DNA from: Macrostomum lignano
Lineage: Eukaryota
Direction: 5' to 3'
Assembly: GCA_002269645.1 (NCBI GenBank)
Contig: NIVC01000493.1
Span: 124,001 to 188,000, forward strand
Length of the DNA stretch: 64,000 nt
Part shown: one piece after another, positions 62,690-64,000 of the stretch
Numbering within the stretch: position 1 is the stretch's first letter
How the letters are laid out: each line of letters begins with the position of its first letter
The notes under the pieces: generated by a model
The model's database searches: none
What the model was told of the DNA's origin: nothing
The model's input: only the letters and a program-made list of their open reading frames with translations
Position numbers and translations under genes: made by a program

Positions 62690-63845
62690 GGGAGGGCAGG
62701 GAAGAGGATGAGAGGGAGGGCAGGGGAGGGGATGAGAGGGAGGGCAGGGAGGGGATGAGAGGGAGGACAGGGGAGGGGATGAGAAGGAGGGCAGGGGAGG
62801 GGATGAGAGGGAGGGCAGGGGAGGGGATGAGAAGGAGGGCAGGGGAGGGGATGAGAAGGAGGGCAGGGAAGGGGATGAGAAGGAGGGCAGGGAGGGGATG
62901 AGAGGGAGGGCAGGGGAGGGGATGAGAGGGAGGGCAGGGGAGGGGATGAGAGGGAGGGCAGGGGAGGGGATGAGAGGGAGGGCAGGGGAGGGGATGAGAG
63001 GAAGGGTAGGGAAGAGGATGAGAGGGAGGGCAGGGAGGGGATGAGAGGGAGGGCAGGGGAGGGGATGAGAGGGAGGGCAGGGGAGGGGATGAGAGGGAGG
63101 GCAGGGGAGGGGATGAGAGGGAGGGCAGGGGAGGGATGAGAGGGAGGGCAGGGGAGGGGATGAGAGGGAGGGCAGGGGAGGGGATGAGAAGGAGGGCAGG
63201 GGAGGGGATGAGAGGGAGGGCACGAGAGGGGATGAGAGGGAGGGCAGGGGAGGGGATGAGAGGGAGGGCAGGGGAGGGGATGAGAGGGAGGGCAGGGGAG
63301 GGGATGAGAGGGAGGGCAGGGGAGGGATGAGAAGGAGGGCAGGGGAGGGGATGAGAAGGAGGGCAGGGGAGGGGATGAGAAGGAGGGCAGGGGAGGGGAT
63401 GAGAGGAGGAGGACAGGGGAGGGGATGAGAAGGAGGGCAGGGGAGGGGATGAGAAGGAGGGCAGGGGAGGGGATGAGAAGGAGGGCAGGGGAGGGGATGA
63501 GAAGGAGGGCAGGGAAGGGATGAGAAGGAGGGCAGGGGAGGGGATGAGAAGGAGGGCAGGGGAGGGGATGAGAAGGAGGGCAGGGGAGGGGATGAGAAGG
63601 AGGGCAGGGAGGGGATGAGAAGGAGGGCAGGGGAGGGGATGAGAAGGAGGGCAGGGGAGGGGATGAGAGGGAGGGCAGGGGAGGGGATGAGAAGGAGGGC
63701 AGGGGAGGGGATGAGAGGGAGGGCAGGGGAGGGGATGAGAGGGAGGGCAGGGGAGGGGATGAGAAGGAGGGCAGGGGAGGGGATGAGAAGGAGGGCAGGG
63801 GAGGGGATGAGAGGAAGGGTAGGGAAGAGGATGAGAGGGATCTCA
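62690..63845. repeat. 24-bp G-rich minisatellite
   Basis: gggagggcaggggaggggatgaga; source of the 477-aa Pro/Ser-rich ORF. Confidence 0.96.
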
Positions 63846-64000
63846 GCACTCCCTTCTCAACTCGATCTATATGCCTCTTCCCTCTCACTCCCCTCCTTCT
63901 CATCCTCTTCCCTACCCTCCCGGCCTCCCTTTCATCCTCTTCCCTACCCTCCCTCTCATCCTCTCTCCTGCCCTCGGAGTGCATAAAAGAGAAAGCAAGC

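Noticed and set aside
62551-63986. 477-aa Pro/Ser-rich (extensin-like) ORF
   Set aside because: Translation of the 24-bp G-rich array.

Overview
Eukaryotic (metazoan) genomic DNA, not prokaryotic. It has GT-AG introns, GC-rich exons with poly-Ala/Gln/Gly runs, TTAGGG-type motifs, and roughly half of the window in tandem repeats. This style suggests a flatworm such as Macrostomum (inference, not verified). Four spliced protein-coding genes were rebuilt by hand with consistent exon phases. (1) A CELF3-6/bruno-3-type three-RRM RNA-binding protein (+, 7 exons, 1231-34090); its first exon(s) lie upstream of the window, and its 20.5-kb intron holds an ~11.4-kb, almost invariant 41-bp satellite. (2) A GAS2-like CH+GAR cytoskeletal linker (+, 40528-42965). 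(3) Lin-28 (+, 47327-48571). (4) Tob, BTG/Tob family (-, 56679-55311). Also present: a tRNA-derived SINE family (3 copies), hAT-type MITEs, a telomere-motif foldback element, a LINE fragment and about 30 mini/microsatellites. Most long ORFs in the supplied track are repeat artefacts. The best lead is a TATA-preceded, in-phase candidate alternative first exon inside CELF (30808-30984) that would give an RRM3-only isoform. Other leads are possible trans-splicing/operon-like organisation of a cluster of post-transcriptional regulators, and an E-box array just downstream of lin-28.
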